DNA of 64,000 bases from Eledone cirrhosa (lineage: Eukaryota): positions 344,224,001 through 344,288,000 of the forward strand of contig OZ024742.1 in the NCBI GenBank assembly GCA_964016885.1, in the 5' to 3' direction. Positions within the stretch are counted from its first letter, which is position 1, and each line of letters starts with the position of its first letter. The translations under genes and the position numbers were made by a program. The notes below the pieces were generated by a model that saw nothing but the letters and a program-made list of their open reading frames with translations, searched no databases and was not told the origin of the DNA. This document shows, in pieces, positions 45,001 to 56,006 of this stretch.

Positions 45001-48000
45001 TGTCAGCCATGTCACTGTAATATATAGTTCCTCTTTAAGACTGTAACTATTCCACTGTTGTGACATGTTATAGTCATTGTCAGCCATGTCACTGTAATAT
45101 ATAGTTCCTCTTTAAGACTGTAACAATTTCACTGTTGTGACATGTTATTGTCATTGTCAGCCATGTCACTGTAATATATAGTTCCTCTTTAAGACTAACT
45201 ATTCCACTGTTGTCACATGTTATAGTCATTGTCAGCCATGTCACTGTAATATATAGTTCCTCTTTAAGACTGTAACTATTCCACTGTTGTGACATGTTAT
45301 AGTCATTGTCAGCCATGTCACTGTAATATATAGTTCCTCTTTAAGACTGTAACTATTCCACTGTTGTGACATGTTATAGTCATTGTCAGCCATGTCACTG
45401 TAATATATAGTTCCTCTTTAAGACTGTAACAATTTCACTGTTGTGACATGTTATAGTCATTGTCAGCCATGTCACTGTAATATATAGTTCCTCTTTAAGA
45501 CTAACTATTCCACTGTTGTGACATGTTATAATCATTGTCAGCCATGTCACTGTAATATATAGTTCCTCTTTAAGACTACCTATTCCACTGTTGTCACATG
45601 TTATAGTCATTGTCAGCCATGTCACTGTATAAGTTCCTCTTTAAGACTAACTATATCACTGTTGAGACATGTTATAGTCATTGTCAGCCATGTCACTGTA
45701 ATATATAGTTCCTCTTTAAGACTAAATGTTTCACTGTTGTGACATGTTATAGTCATTGTCAGCCATGTCACTGTAATATATAGTTCCTCGTTAAGACTGT
45801 AACTATTCCACTGTTGTCACATGTTATAGTCATTGTCAGCCATGTCACTGTAATATATAGTTCCTCTTTAAGACTAACTATTCCACTGTTGTCACATGTT
45901 ATAGTCATTGTCAGCCATGTCACTGTAATATATAGTTCCTCTTTAAGACTGTAACTATTCCACTGTTATCACATGTTATAGTCATTGTCAGCCATGTCAC
46001 TGTAATATATAGTTCCTCTTTAAGACTAACTATTCCACTGTTGTCACATGTTATAGTCATTGTCAGCCATGTCACTGTAATATATAGTTCCTCTTTAAGA
46101 CTGTAACTATTCCACTGTTGTGACATGTTATAGTCATTGTCAGCCAGGTCACTGTAATATATAGTTCCTCTTTAAGACTGTAACTATTCTACTGTTGTCA
46201 CATGTTATAGTCATTGTCAGCCATGTCACTGTAATATATAGTTCCTCTTTAAGACTGTAACTATTCCACTGTTGTGACATGTTATAGCCATTGTCAGCCA
46301 TGTCACTGCAATATATAGTTCCTCTTTAAGACTGTAACAATTTCACTGTTGTGACATGTTATAGTCATTGTTAGCCATGTCACTGTAATATATAGTTCCT
46401 CTTTAAGACTAACTATTCCACTGTTGTGACATGTTATAGTCATTGTCAGCCATGTCACTGTAATATATAGTTCCTCTTTAAGACTGTAACTAATCCACTG
46501 TTGTGACATGTTATAGTCATTGTCAGCCATGTTACTGTAATATATAGTTCCTCTTTAAGACTAACTATTCCACTGTTGTGACATGTTATAATCATTGTCA
46601 GCCATGTCACTGTAATATATAGTTCCTCTTTAAGACTAACTATTCCACTGTTGTCACATGTTATAGTCATTGTCAGCCATGTCACTGTATAAGTTCCTCT
46701 TTAAGACTAACTATATCAATATTGTGACATGATATAGTCATTGTCAGCCATGTCACTGTAATATATAGTTCCTCTTTAAGACTAACTATTTCACTGTTGT
46801 GACATGTTATAGTCATTGTCAGCCATGTCACTGTAATATATAGTTCCTCTTTAAGACTGTAACTATTCCACTGTTATCACATGTTATATTCATTGTCAGC
46901 CATGTCACTGTAATATATAGTTCCTCTTTAAGACTGTAACTATTCCACTGTTATCACATGTTATATTCATTGTCAGCCATGTCACTGCAATATATAGTTC
47001 CTCTTTAAGACTAACTATTCCACTGTTGTCACATGTTATATTCATTGTCAGCCATGTCACTGTAATATATAGTTCCTCTTTAAGAATAACTATTCCACTG
47101 TTGTGACATGTTATAGTCATTGTCAGCCATGTCACTGTAATATATAGTTCCTCTTTAAGACTGTAACTATTCCACTGTTGTAACATGTTATAGTCATTGT
47201 CAGCCATGTCACAGTAATATATAGTTCCTCTTTAAGACTGTAACTATTCCACTGTTGTCACATGTTATAGTCATTGTCAGCCATGTCACTGTATTATATA
47301 GTTCCTCTTTAAGACTCTAACTATTCCACTGTTGTGACATGTTATAGTCATTGTCAGCCATGTCACTGTAATATATAGTTCCTCTTTAAGATTGTAACTA
47401 TTCCACTGTTGTGACATGTTATAGTCATTGTCAGCCATGTCACTGTAATATATAGTTCCTCTTTAAGACTGTAACTATTCCTCTGTTGTAACGTGTTAAA
47501 GTCATTGTCAGCCATGTCACTGTAATATATAGTTCCTCTTTAAGACTGTAACAATTTCACTGTTGTGACATGTTATTGTCATTGTCAGCCATGTCACTGT
47601 AATATATAGTTCCTCTTTAAGACTGTAACTATTTCACTGTTGTGACATGTTATAGTCATTGTCAGCCATGTCACTGTAATATATATTTCCTCTTTAAGAC
47701 TGCAACTATTCCACTGTTGTCACATGTTATAGTCATTGTCAGCCATGTCACTGTAATATATAGTTCCTCTTTAAGACTGTAACTATTCCACTGTTGTCAC
47801 ATGTTATAGTCATTGTCAGCCATGTCACTGCAATATATAGTTCCTCTTTAAGAGTGTAACTATTCCACTGTTGTGACATGTTATAGTCATTGTCAGCCAT
47901 GTCACTGTAATATATAGTTCCTCTTTAAGACTGTAACTATTCCACTGTTGTGACATGTTATAGTCATTGTCAGCCATGTCACTGTAATATATAGTTCCTC

Positions 48001-51000
48001 TTTAAGACTGTAACTATTTCACTGTTGTGACATGTTATAATCATTGTCAGCCATGTCACTGTAATATATAGTTCCTCTTTAAGACTGTAACTATTTCACT
48101 GTTGTGACATGTTATAGTAATTGTCAGCCATGTCACTGTAATATATAGATCCTCTTTAAGACTGTAATTATTCCACCGTTGTCACATGTTATAGTCATTG
48201 TCAGCCATGTCACTGTAATATATAGTTCCTCTTTAAGAGTGTAACTATTCCACTGTTGTGACATGTTATAGTCATTGTCAGCCATGTCACTGTAATATAT
48301 AGTTCCTCTTTAAGACTCTAACTATTCCACTGTTGTCACATGTTATAGTCATTATCAGCCATGTCACTGTAATATACAGTTCCTCTTTAAGACTGTAACT
48401 ATTCCACTGTTATCACATGTTATAGTCATTGTCAGCCATGTCACTGTAATATATAGTTCCTCTTTAAGACTGTAACTATTTCACTGTTGTGACATGTTAT
48501 AGTCATTGTCAGCCATGTCACTGTAATATATAGTTCCTCTTTAAGACTGTAACTATTTCACTGTTGTGACATGTTATAGTCATTGTCAGCCATGTCACTG
48601 TAATATATAGTTCCTCTTTAAGACTGTAACTATTTCACTGTTGTGACATGTTATAGTCATTGTCAGCCATGTCACTGTAATATATAATTCCACTTTAAGA
48701 CTGTAATTATTCCACTGTTGTCACATGTTATAGTCATTGTCAGCCATGTCACTGTAATATATAGTTCCTCTTTAAGACTAACTATCCCACTGTTGTCACA
48801 TGTTATAGTCATTGTCAGCCATGTCACTGTAATATATAGTTCCTCTTTAAAACTGTAACTATTCCACTGTTGTGACATGTTATAGTCATTGTCAGCCATG
48901 TCACTGTAATATATAGTTCCTCTTTAAGACTGTAACTATTCCACTGTTGTCACATGTTATAGTCATTGTCAGCCATGTCACTGTAATATATAGTTCCTCT
49001 TTAAGACTGTAACTATTCCACTGTTGTGACATGTTATAGTCATTGTCAGCCATGTCACTGCAATATATAGTTCCTCTTTAAGACTGTAACAATTTCACTG
49101 TTGTGACATGTTATAGTCATTGTTAGCCATGTCACTGTAATAATTAGTTCCTCTTTAAGACTAACTATTCCACTGTTGTGACATGTTATAGTCATTGTCA
49201 GCCATGTCACTGTAATATATAGTTCCTCTTTAAGACTGTAACTAATCCACTGTTGTGACATGTTATAGTCATTGTCAGCCATGTTACTGTAATATATAGT
49301 TCCTCTTTAAGACTAACTATTCCACTGTTGTGACATGTTATAATCATTGTCAGCCATGTCACTGTAATATATAGTTCCTCTTTAAGACTAACTATTCCAC
49401 TGTTGTCACATGTTATAGTCATTGTCAGCCATGTCACTGTATAAGTTCCTCTTTAAGACTAACTATATCAATATTGTGACATGTTATAGTCATTGTCAGC
49501 CATGTCACTGTAATATATAGTTCCTCTTTAAGACTAACTATTTCACTGTTGTGACATGTTATAGTCATTGTCAGCCATGTCACTGTAATATATAGTTCCT
49601 CTTTAAGACTAACTATTCCACTGTTGTCACATGTTATAGTCATTGTCAGCCATGTCACTGTAATATATAGTTCCTCTTTAAGACTGTAACTATTCCACTG
49701 TTATCAGATGTTATAGTCATTGTCAGCCATGTCACTGTAATATATAGTTCCTCTTTAAGACTAACTATTCCACTGTTGTGACATGTTATAGTCATTGTCA
49801 GCCATGTCACTGTAATATATAGTTCCTCTTTAAGACTAACTATTTCACTGTTGTGACATGTTATAGTCATTGTCAGCCATGTCACTGTAATATATAGTTC
49901 CTCTTTAAGACTGTAACTATTCCACTGTTGTCACATGTTATAGTCATTGTCAGCCATGTCACTGTATTATATAGTTCCTCTTTAAGACTCTAACTATTCC
50001 ACTGTTGTGACATGTTATAGTCATTGTCAGCCATGTCACTGTAATATATAGTTCCTCTTTAAGATTGTAACTATTCCACTGTTGTGACATGTTATAGTCA
50101 TTGTCAGCCATGTCACTGTAATATATAGTTCCTCTTTAAGACTGTAACTATTCCTCTGTTGTGACGTGTTATAGTCATTGTCAGCCATGTCACTGTAATA
50201 TATAGTTCCTCTTTAAGACTGTAACAATTTCACTGTTGTGACATGTTATTGTCATTGTCAGCCATGTCACTGTAATATATAGTTCCTCTTTAAGACTGTA
50301 ACTATTTCACTGTTGTGACATGTTATAGTCATTGTCAGCCATGTCACTGTAATATATAGTTCCTCTTTAAGACTGTAACTATTCCACTGTTGTCACATGT
50401 TATAGTCATTGTCAGCCATGTCACTGTAATATATAGTTCCTCTTTAAGACTGTAACTATTCCACTGTTGTCACATGTTATAGTCATTGTCAGCCATGTCA
50501 CTGCAATATATAGTTCCTCTTTAAGAGTGTAACTATTCCACTGTTGTGACATGTTATAGTCATTGTCAGCCATGTCACTGTAATATATAGTTCCTCTTTA
50601 AGACTCTAACTATTCCACTGTTGTCACATGTTATAGTCATTATCAGCCATGTCACTGTAATATATAGTTCCTCTTTAAGACTGTAACTATTCCACTGTTA
50701 TCACATGTTATAGTCATTGTCAGCCATGTCACTGTAATATATAGTTCCTCTTTAAGACTGTAACTATTCCACTGTTGTGACATGTTATAGTCATTGTCAG
50801 CCATGTCACTGTAATATATAGTTCCTCTTTAAGACTGTAACTATTTCACTGTTGTGACATGTTATAATCATTGTCAGCCATGTCACTGTAATATATAGTT
50901 CCTCTTTAAGACTGTAATTATTCCACCGTTGTCACATGTTATAGTCATTGTCAGCCATGTCACTGTAATATATAGTTCCTCTTTAAGAGTGTAACTATTC

Positions 51001-51692
51001 CACTGTTGTGACATGTTATAGTCATTGTCAGCCATGTCACTGTAATATATAGTTCCTCTTTAAGACTCTAACTATTCCACTGTTGTCACATGTTATAGTC
51101 ATTATCAGCCATGTCACTGTAATATACAGTTCCTCTTTAAGACTGTAACTATTCCACTGTTATCACATGTTATAGTCATTGTCAGCCATGTCACTGTAAT
51201 ATATAGTTCCTCTTTAAGACTGTAACTATTTCACTGTTGTGACATGTTATAGTCATTGTCAGCCATGTCACTGTAATATATAGTTCCTCTTTAAGACTAA
51301 CTATTCCACTGTTGTCACATGTTATAGTCATTGTCAGCCATGTCACTGTAATATATAGTTCCTCTTTAAGACTGTAACTATTCCACTGTTGTGACATGTT
51401 ATAGTCATTGTCAGCCATGTCACTGTAATATATAGTTCCTCTTTAAGACTAACTATTCCACTGTTGTCACATGTTATAGTCATTGTCAGCCATGTCACTG
51501 TAATATATAGTTCCTCTTTAAGACTAACTATTCCACTGTTGTGACATGTTATAGTCATTGTCAGCCATGTCACTGTATAAGTTCCTCTTTAAGACTAACT
51601 ATATCACTGTTGTGACATGTCAGTCATTCATTGTCAGCCATGTAACTGTATAAGTTCATCTTTAAGACTGTATCTACTTCACTGTCATTGTC
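1..51692. repeat. Giant tandem satellite array, 77/75-bp monomer (consensus GTAATATATAGTTCCTCTTTAAGACT[GT]AACTATTCCACTGTTGT(G/C)ACATGTTATAGTCATTGTCAGCCATGTCACT), about 670-680 copies in the window (length divided by ~76 bp); open at the left edge
   Basis: Directly visible head-to-tail repetition with no spacers. The 75-bp form lacks GT after AAGACT. A 71-bp form has GTATAAG in place of GTAATATATAG. A 78-bp form has CATTGTTATTG. The array degenerates into unique sequence at ~51670-51692. Confidence 0.99.
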
Positions 51693-51718
51693 AAAATTAT
51701 TTATTTGTTATTTTACAG

Positions 51719-51791
51719 GAATAGTGCAGTTGGATTCTCTTCTTGTGCAGCAAGGATTGGCAGTGCACTTTCTCCCTTTACCCTGCTTATG
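51719..51791 (+). CDS. Internal coding exon of an SLC22/organic cation transporter-like MFS protein: (R)NSAVGFSSCAARIGSALSPFTLLM (TM11 region)
   Basis: Acceptor TTATTTTACAG|G at 51718/51719 and donor ATG|GTACAT at 51791/51792. The translation matches the SLC22 pattern 'R-N/S-x-G-x-x-S-x-x-A-R-I-G-S-x-x-S-P-F' that follows ELFPT. The phase-0 end is compatible with the next exon. Confidence 0.88.
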
Positions 51792-51817
51792 GTACATATA
51801 TAAAATATTACAATATC

Positions 51818-52045
51818 ACTCTCTCTCTTTCTTTCTCACTATTCTCTCTCTCTCCCTCTTTCTCTCTCTCTCTTTCTTTCTCCATATTCTCTCTCTTTTT
51901 TATCGCTTTCTCTCTCTTTCTTTCTCTCTTTCTCTCTTTCTCACTATTATCTATTTCTCTTTTGCTCTCTTCCTCTACTTCTGTCTCTCTCTTTCACTCT
52001 TTCTCTCTCTCGCTCCCTCTCTCTCTCTCTCTTTCTGTCTCAATT

Positions 52046-52089
<44 letters not shown>

Positions 52090-52375
52090 TATTTATTTAT
52101 TTATTTATTTATTTCTCACTCCCTTTTAACCCCTCTCTCTTTCTCTCTTTCCCCTTTTCTCCCGCTCTCTTCCTTTCTCCCTCATTTCATATATCATTTC
52201 TCCATGCAACCCTCTCGCTCTCACCTCACTCATTACCCTCTCGCTTCACATGCTTTCTTCCTCAATTCTCTCTTCGCATTCCTCTCTCTATCTTACCTTA
52301 CCTTCTCTTTGCCCTTTCTCTATTTGCACCTACCTCTATCACTCTACCCACCTATCTCTATTCCCTCTCCCATCA

Positions 52376-52440
<65 letters not shown>

Positions 52441-52442
52441 TC
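51818..52442. repeat. Polypyrimidine low-complexity tract: degenerate (CT)n, (CTTT)n, (ATTT)n and pure (CT)n at ~52378-52432
   Basis: Directly visible. Confidence 0.95.
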
Positions 52443-52559
52443 TACACCAACAGTTATTCAAATGAAAATATGTCTGCAGTATCAAATATTCAAGATTTCC
52501 TTATCAACACTTTGTAGTATATCACATGTAACTGTAATATGGCCGAATAGTTACGGGGG

Positions 52560-53150
52560 TTCGATTAATAAATCATAAACTCCAAAGATCAATTTCATCG
52601 CTTGGCACCTTGAGCAAGGGTCTCTAGTCTAGTCTAAAGTCTGTCTCAAGCCAGGAGGTTCATCAGGCTGGTGCTTATCTCGGATTTGTGGCGTGAGGTG
52701 ACTGAGACTATAAGACTCCCTCCAATGACAGGAGGCCAGTCCATTGCAGGGCTAAACCTCCATCTATTGCTGGTACTCATTTTCAGCTGAGTATATTGGA
52801 GTAACGTGAAATGAAGTACTTTGCTCAAGAACACAACACACTACCCAACACAGGAATCGAACCCACGACATTATGATCGTATGTCCAACATCCTTACCAC
52901 TAGACCATGCGCCTCCATTTGCCATTATAACGGTTAGACCCAAGCCTTGTGAGTTAAATTGTGTAGACGGAAACTGTTCGGAAATCCTTCCAATGCACTG
53001 TACTTGTAAGTCAAAGGGTCAGCCTAGCTAAGCATTGTTACACCCTGTGTTACGCAGAATCTTTCTAAGAATTATGGGTACACTTGTCTGGGGGATGCTC
53101 AGCTACTTACATGTTAATTTCATGAGCAGGATGTTCCCTTCGTCAGACAA
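52560..53150 (+). mobile_element. Older + strand SINE remnant(s) interrupted by the minus-strand SINE
   Basis: TGGCACCTTGAGCAAG lies left of the insertion and CCAAGCCTTGTGAG...GTAGACGGAAACTG lies right of it; these resemble consecutive parts of an octopus SINE consensus as recalled. They are followed by GGGTACAC...GCTCAGCTACTTACATGTTAATTTCATGAGCAGG, resembling a conserved SINE central domain. Confidence 0.55.
52621..52916 (-). mobile_element. Full-length tRNA-derived SINE
   Basis: Minus strand reads GGAGGCGCATGGTCTAGTGG (Pol III A box) ... GGGTTCGATTCC (B box), then a CORE-like TGTGTTCTTGAGCAAAG...AAAATGAGTACC segment, CCCTGCAATGGACTGGC, and a short (AGACT)n tail. Confidence 0.85.
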
Positions 53151-53663
53151 CTATAACTCCAAAAAACCATATTTGTCCGATTATTATTGTCTTTTAGAAG
53201 CTTTAAGCGAGAAGTGTAAGCAATATTTATAGTGATACAAATTGGTTTTAACTGCTGAATTAATAATTTGAAGAGTGAAACACGGGTGTCTCTGTAAGTC
53301 TTAAAGCATTAAGAAATACATTATAAACTAATGTTGACTTCTTTATTGTAGATTCTAATTACTTTTTTCTTTACAAATAAACACATTCTACCATATATAT
53401 AGTCCTGGAGACCGAAGGTTGCGATTCTCATAGGTATATCGTAACACCAGAGGAAAATTATCTATGCTAAACAGTAATCTGACTTCCTGTATATGACTTC
53501 TCATTGATGTGTATAAATGATATTTAGTGAAAATAGTATTAAAATATCATTAAAAACATCGGTGTTGGGACCTAATTTTTATGTTTATCAATTTTTATGT
53601 TTTTCAAATTTTTGGTTGCCAGAATTGGTGAAGGTGAAGCGTCTTAGTCGACGGAAAATACAG

Positions 53664-53675
53664 TATATATATATA

Positions 53676-53752
<77 letters not shown>
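53664..53752. repeat. (TA)n-(TG)n microsatellite
   Basis: Directly visible. Confidence 0.97.
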
Positions 53753-53755
<3 letters not shown>

Positions 53756-53900
53756 AGTCTCGGGTTCAATCGGGGATAACCACAGTTAGTAAGTGACTCA
53801 ATACATTAGTAGAGTGTAAACACTTTTCCTAATGATTTCTTTTGAATGAAACAGTTCTAGTCCTATAGAAGCCATTTCTATATTAAACATGATGTATATA

Positions 53901-54020
53901 TATGTTGATGCCCTAAGGACAGACACTGGTCTCGTGGAGACGCAGGACATGGCAGCGATGATGAGGGACAGAGACTAGTGGAGAGAACTCGTACATGGAT
54001 CTCGGGAATTTTACCCGCCC
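53901..54020 (+). mobile_element. Short 3'-end fragment of an RTE-clade LINE (pseudogenic)
   Basis: Translates YVDALRTDTGLVETQDMAAMMRDRD*WRELV, resembling the RTE ORF C-terminal 'Y.D.L..DTGL......AM.DR..WR' pattern, with an in-frame stop. Flanked by TA repeats. Confidence 0.65.
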
Positions 54021-54026
54021 TATATA

Positions 54027-54142
54027 TATAAGGAAAAAAGATGAAATCGAAAATGCAACTGGATCCTTTTTTTTTTAAATATATATATATATTTTAAAAA
54101 AAGACTCCAGTTGCATTTTCGATTTCATCTTTTTTCCTTATA
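54027..54142. repeat. Near-perfect palindrome: 37-bp perfect arms around a T-run/(AT)n/A-run centre
   Basis: TATAAGGAAAAAAGATGAAATCGAAAATGCAACTGGA (54027-54063) is the exact reverse complement of 54106-54142. Confidence 0.95.
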
Positions 54143-54339
54143 CTTTCACTCGTGTAGGACACCTCGTTTTTTTTCATTTTGTAAAACAAACCTCACTTTC
54201 TAATATATATACTCATCTTTATCCATTTATCTGAGGGTTCTAAATCCCATTATCAGACTAAAATTTCTTTAGTCAAAAAATACGGTGAAAGCTATTCTAT
54301 TTCTAATTTCAAACCTGCTCACTGTTTCAAAAACATACT

Positions 54340-54394
<55 letters not shown>

Positions 54395-54460
54395 TATATT
54401 TTCCGTCGTATTTTTCATTATATACATATAACGTCTAATGCATTATTACATCTTCTACAG

Positions 54461-54625
54461 GTTCAAATCATTCCTTGGGTTCCACCAGCTGTGTTCTCTA
54501 GTGGACTCTTCATAGCGTGTATATTAGTGGTGTTTTTACCAGAGACACGCGGCCGACAGATGCCGCAATGCATCGATGATGTGAGGGCTTGGTCCCGTGT
54601 GAAAAAAACTTCCCAGGTACAATGA
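54461..54625 (+). CDS. Next (probably terminal) coding exon of the same SLC22-like transporter: VQIIPWVPPAVFSSGLFIACILVVFLPETRGRQMPQCIDDVRAWSRVKKTSQVQ*
   Basis: Acceptor TCTTCTACAG|GTT at 54460/54461 in phase 0. Hydrophobic TM12 is followed by LPETRG-x-x-MP-x-x-I-D-D, the SLC22/sugar-porter 'LPETKG..LP.TI.D' motif. Stop TGA at 54623-54625. Confidence 0.9.
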   Translation, partial: VQIIPWVPPAVFSSGLFIACILVVFLPETRGRQMPQCIDDVRAWSRVKKTSQVQ

Positions 54626-54640
54626 TGGACATCTTGTCTC

Positions 54641-54646
54641 AATAAA
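54641..54646 (+). promoter_or_regulatory. Candidate polyadenylation signal AATAAA (second copy at 54819-54824)
   Basis: AATAAA 15 nt after the stop codon, followed by GT/T-rich sequence (GTTGTTGTTG...). Confidence 0.4.
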
Positions 54647-54940
54647 GTGCTGGTTGTTTCTATTAATACTGTTATCGTTGTTGTTGACGTTGTTGTTATT
54701 GCTGTTGTTTTATACTGCAGCTCCTACTCGCCTATTTCGCTCCGAACAATCAGTCTCATGAACAAGCAGTACATGTAAAATTCTGCTCCATGAAAATATT
54801 CTATTTCATACTTACTGTAATAAAACAATGTCTAATATATTTGATATATAAATTGTTTTTAGTTATTTATTCACTACATTTATATATACACTCATCATCA
54901 CGCATGAAGTAAACAGATCATGTCGGTTTGAACAATGAAT

Positions 54941-54981
<41 letters not shown>

Positions 54982-55325
54982 ATAATAATAAATTTGAAGA
55001 CTAAAATCCAAAGAGGGCTCGATAAGGATAAATATATATCAAATATATAAGAACCGTAGAGCAAATATTTATTAAAATAACAGATTAAAGTTTAAGCAGA
55101 GAATCGCTGCTTTCACCCTTAACGGGATCTTCTGAAACTAAAAAAAATCAATCTGTGAGCACAGAAGTAAATATTTCGAAAAATGTTGCAACCGGAGGAA
55201 GACAAGAAGACGATACTTTGGTTCGTGGAAACGTTCCCTGGCAAAGAACGAAAAAAACGAAGATAATGCGTCATTATTTGGTGCGTTTCAACAGTTAAAA
55301 ATTGCAAACTTGACTGTCACCACAG

Positions 55326-55371
55326 AATATGAACCTGAAGATTGCGAAAGCATGAAAGTACTTGTTCAATT
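55326..55371 (+). ncRNA. Minimal type I hammerhead ribozyme of the Penelope pLTR type
   Basis: Stem I TGAAC(55330-34)/GTTCA(55364-68); core CTGAAGA (55335-41); stem II t-TGC-GAAA-GCA-t; GAAA (55354-57); palindromic mini stem III GTAC; predicted triplet CUU. Downstream AATAAA, then (TA)n. Confidence 0.75.
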
Positions 55372-55479
55372 AACACTTAACATTTAATATTCTACCATAC
55401 TATTTCATTCTAATACCATTATAATTTTAAAGGATTGTAAATAAAACGAGTAAATCAGAGAAAGTTGGAATTCCTTTTA

Positions 55480-55560
<81 letters not shown>

Positions 55561-55636
55561 ATATATGTATATACACATATACATATATGTATATGTATAT
55601 ATACTTATATATGTATATATATGTATATATATGTAT

Positions 55637-55676
<40 letters not shown>

Positions 55677-55782
55677 TTATGGATGTATATAATGTATTTT
55701 GCAATACACTTTATGCTTAATTAAAAGCATTTTGAAGACCGTAAGCTATTGTTTTTTAGAGTAGTGACAAATTCACTTACTT

Positions 55783-55879
55783 TGATCTCAGCAAACAGGG
55801 GAGATAAGCCGACAAGGCCTTGTTTCGCTTTTGTTGAAGCTTATCAAGGCTAACTACTCCCACCTGTCTACCGAGATCA
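55783..55879 (-). ncRNA. Type I hammerhead ribozyme, U3-A8 core variant (copy 1)
   Basis: Minus strand: AGCC-TTGATAA-GCTT caacaa AAGC-GAAA-CAAGGCCTTG-TC-GGCT, with the same extended stem I as the plus copies. Confidence 0.8.
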
Positions 55880-56006
55880 CTGATGTTATATTCTTATAGA
55901 ATTCTAGTAAATAATCAGGAGCTGATTATGCAGAGCGGTTGTTGGTCAGGCAGAAATTAATAATTAGAATTGGAGCTCTGAAATAGCATAAGAATATAAC
56001 ATCAGG

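Noticed and set aside
304-51573. The many minus-strand 60-100 aa ORFs (MADNDYNMSQQW.../MTWLTMTIT...) as a repeat-protein family
   Set aside because: They are by-products of 75-bp (25-codon) monomers; every 77-bp unit shifts the frame and ends them. No sign of coding constraint.
1-51692. CRISPR array
   Set aside because: Monomers are contiguous near-identical repeats with no unique spacers, there are no cas genes, and the context is eukaryotic.
52525-52540. 16-nt match to a satellite variant (CATGTAACTGTAATAT) downstream of the exon
   Set aside because: Too short and AT-rich to separate from chance.
51688-52578. 296-aa + strand ORF and the overlapping 128- and 71-aa ORFs
   Set aside because: Translation of a stop-poor CT-rich tract (poly-LS/F). 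The real exon at 51719-51791 is in a different frame.
52845-52916. tRNA gene
   Set aside because: A and B boxes are present, but the sequence continues into a SINE body and tail and no acceptor stem closes; it is a SINE head.
53397-53470. Hammerhead-like motif (CTGGAGA...GTTGCGAT/ATCGTAAC...GAAAATTA)
   Set aside because: Core mismatch and stems I and III do not close convincingly; at most a decayed relic.
54225-54300. Hammerhead-like motif (CTGAGGG...GACTAAA/TTTAGTC...GAAAGCTA)
   Set aside because: A9 is missing and there is no stem I pairing.
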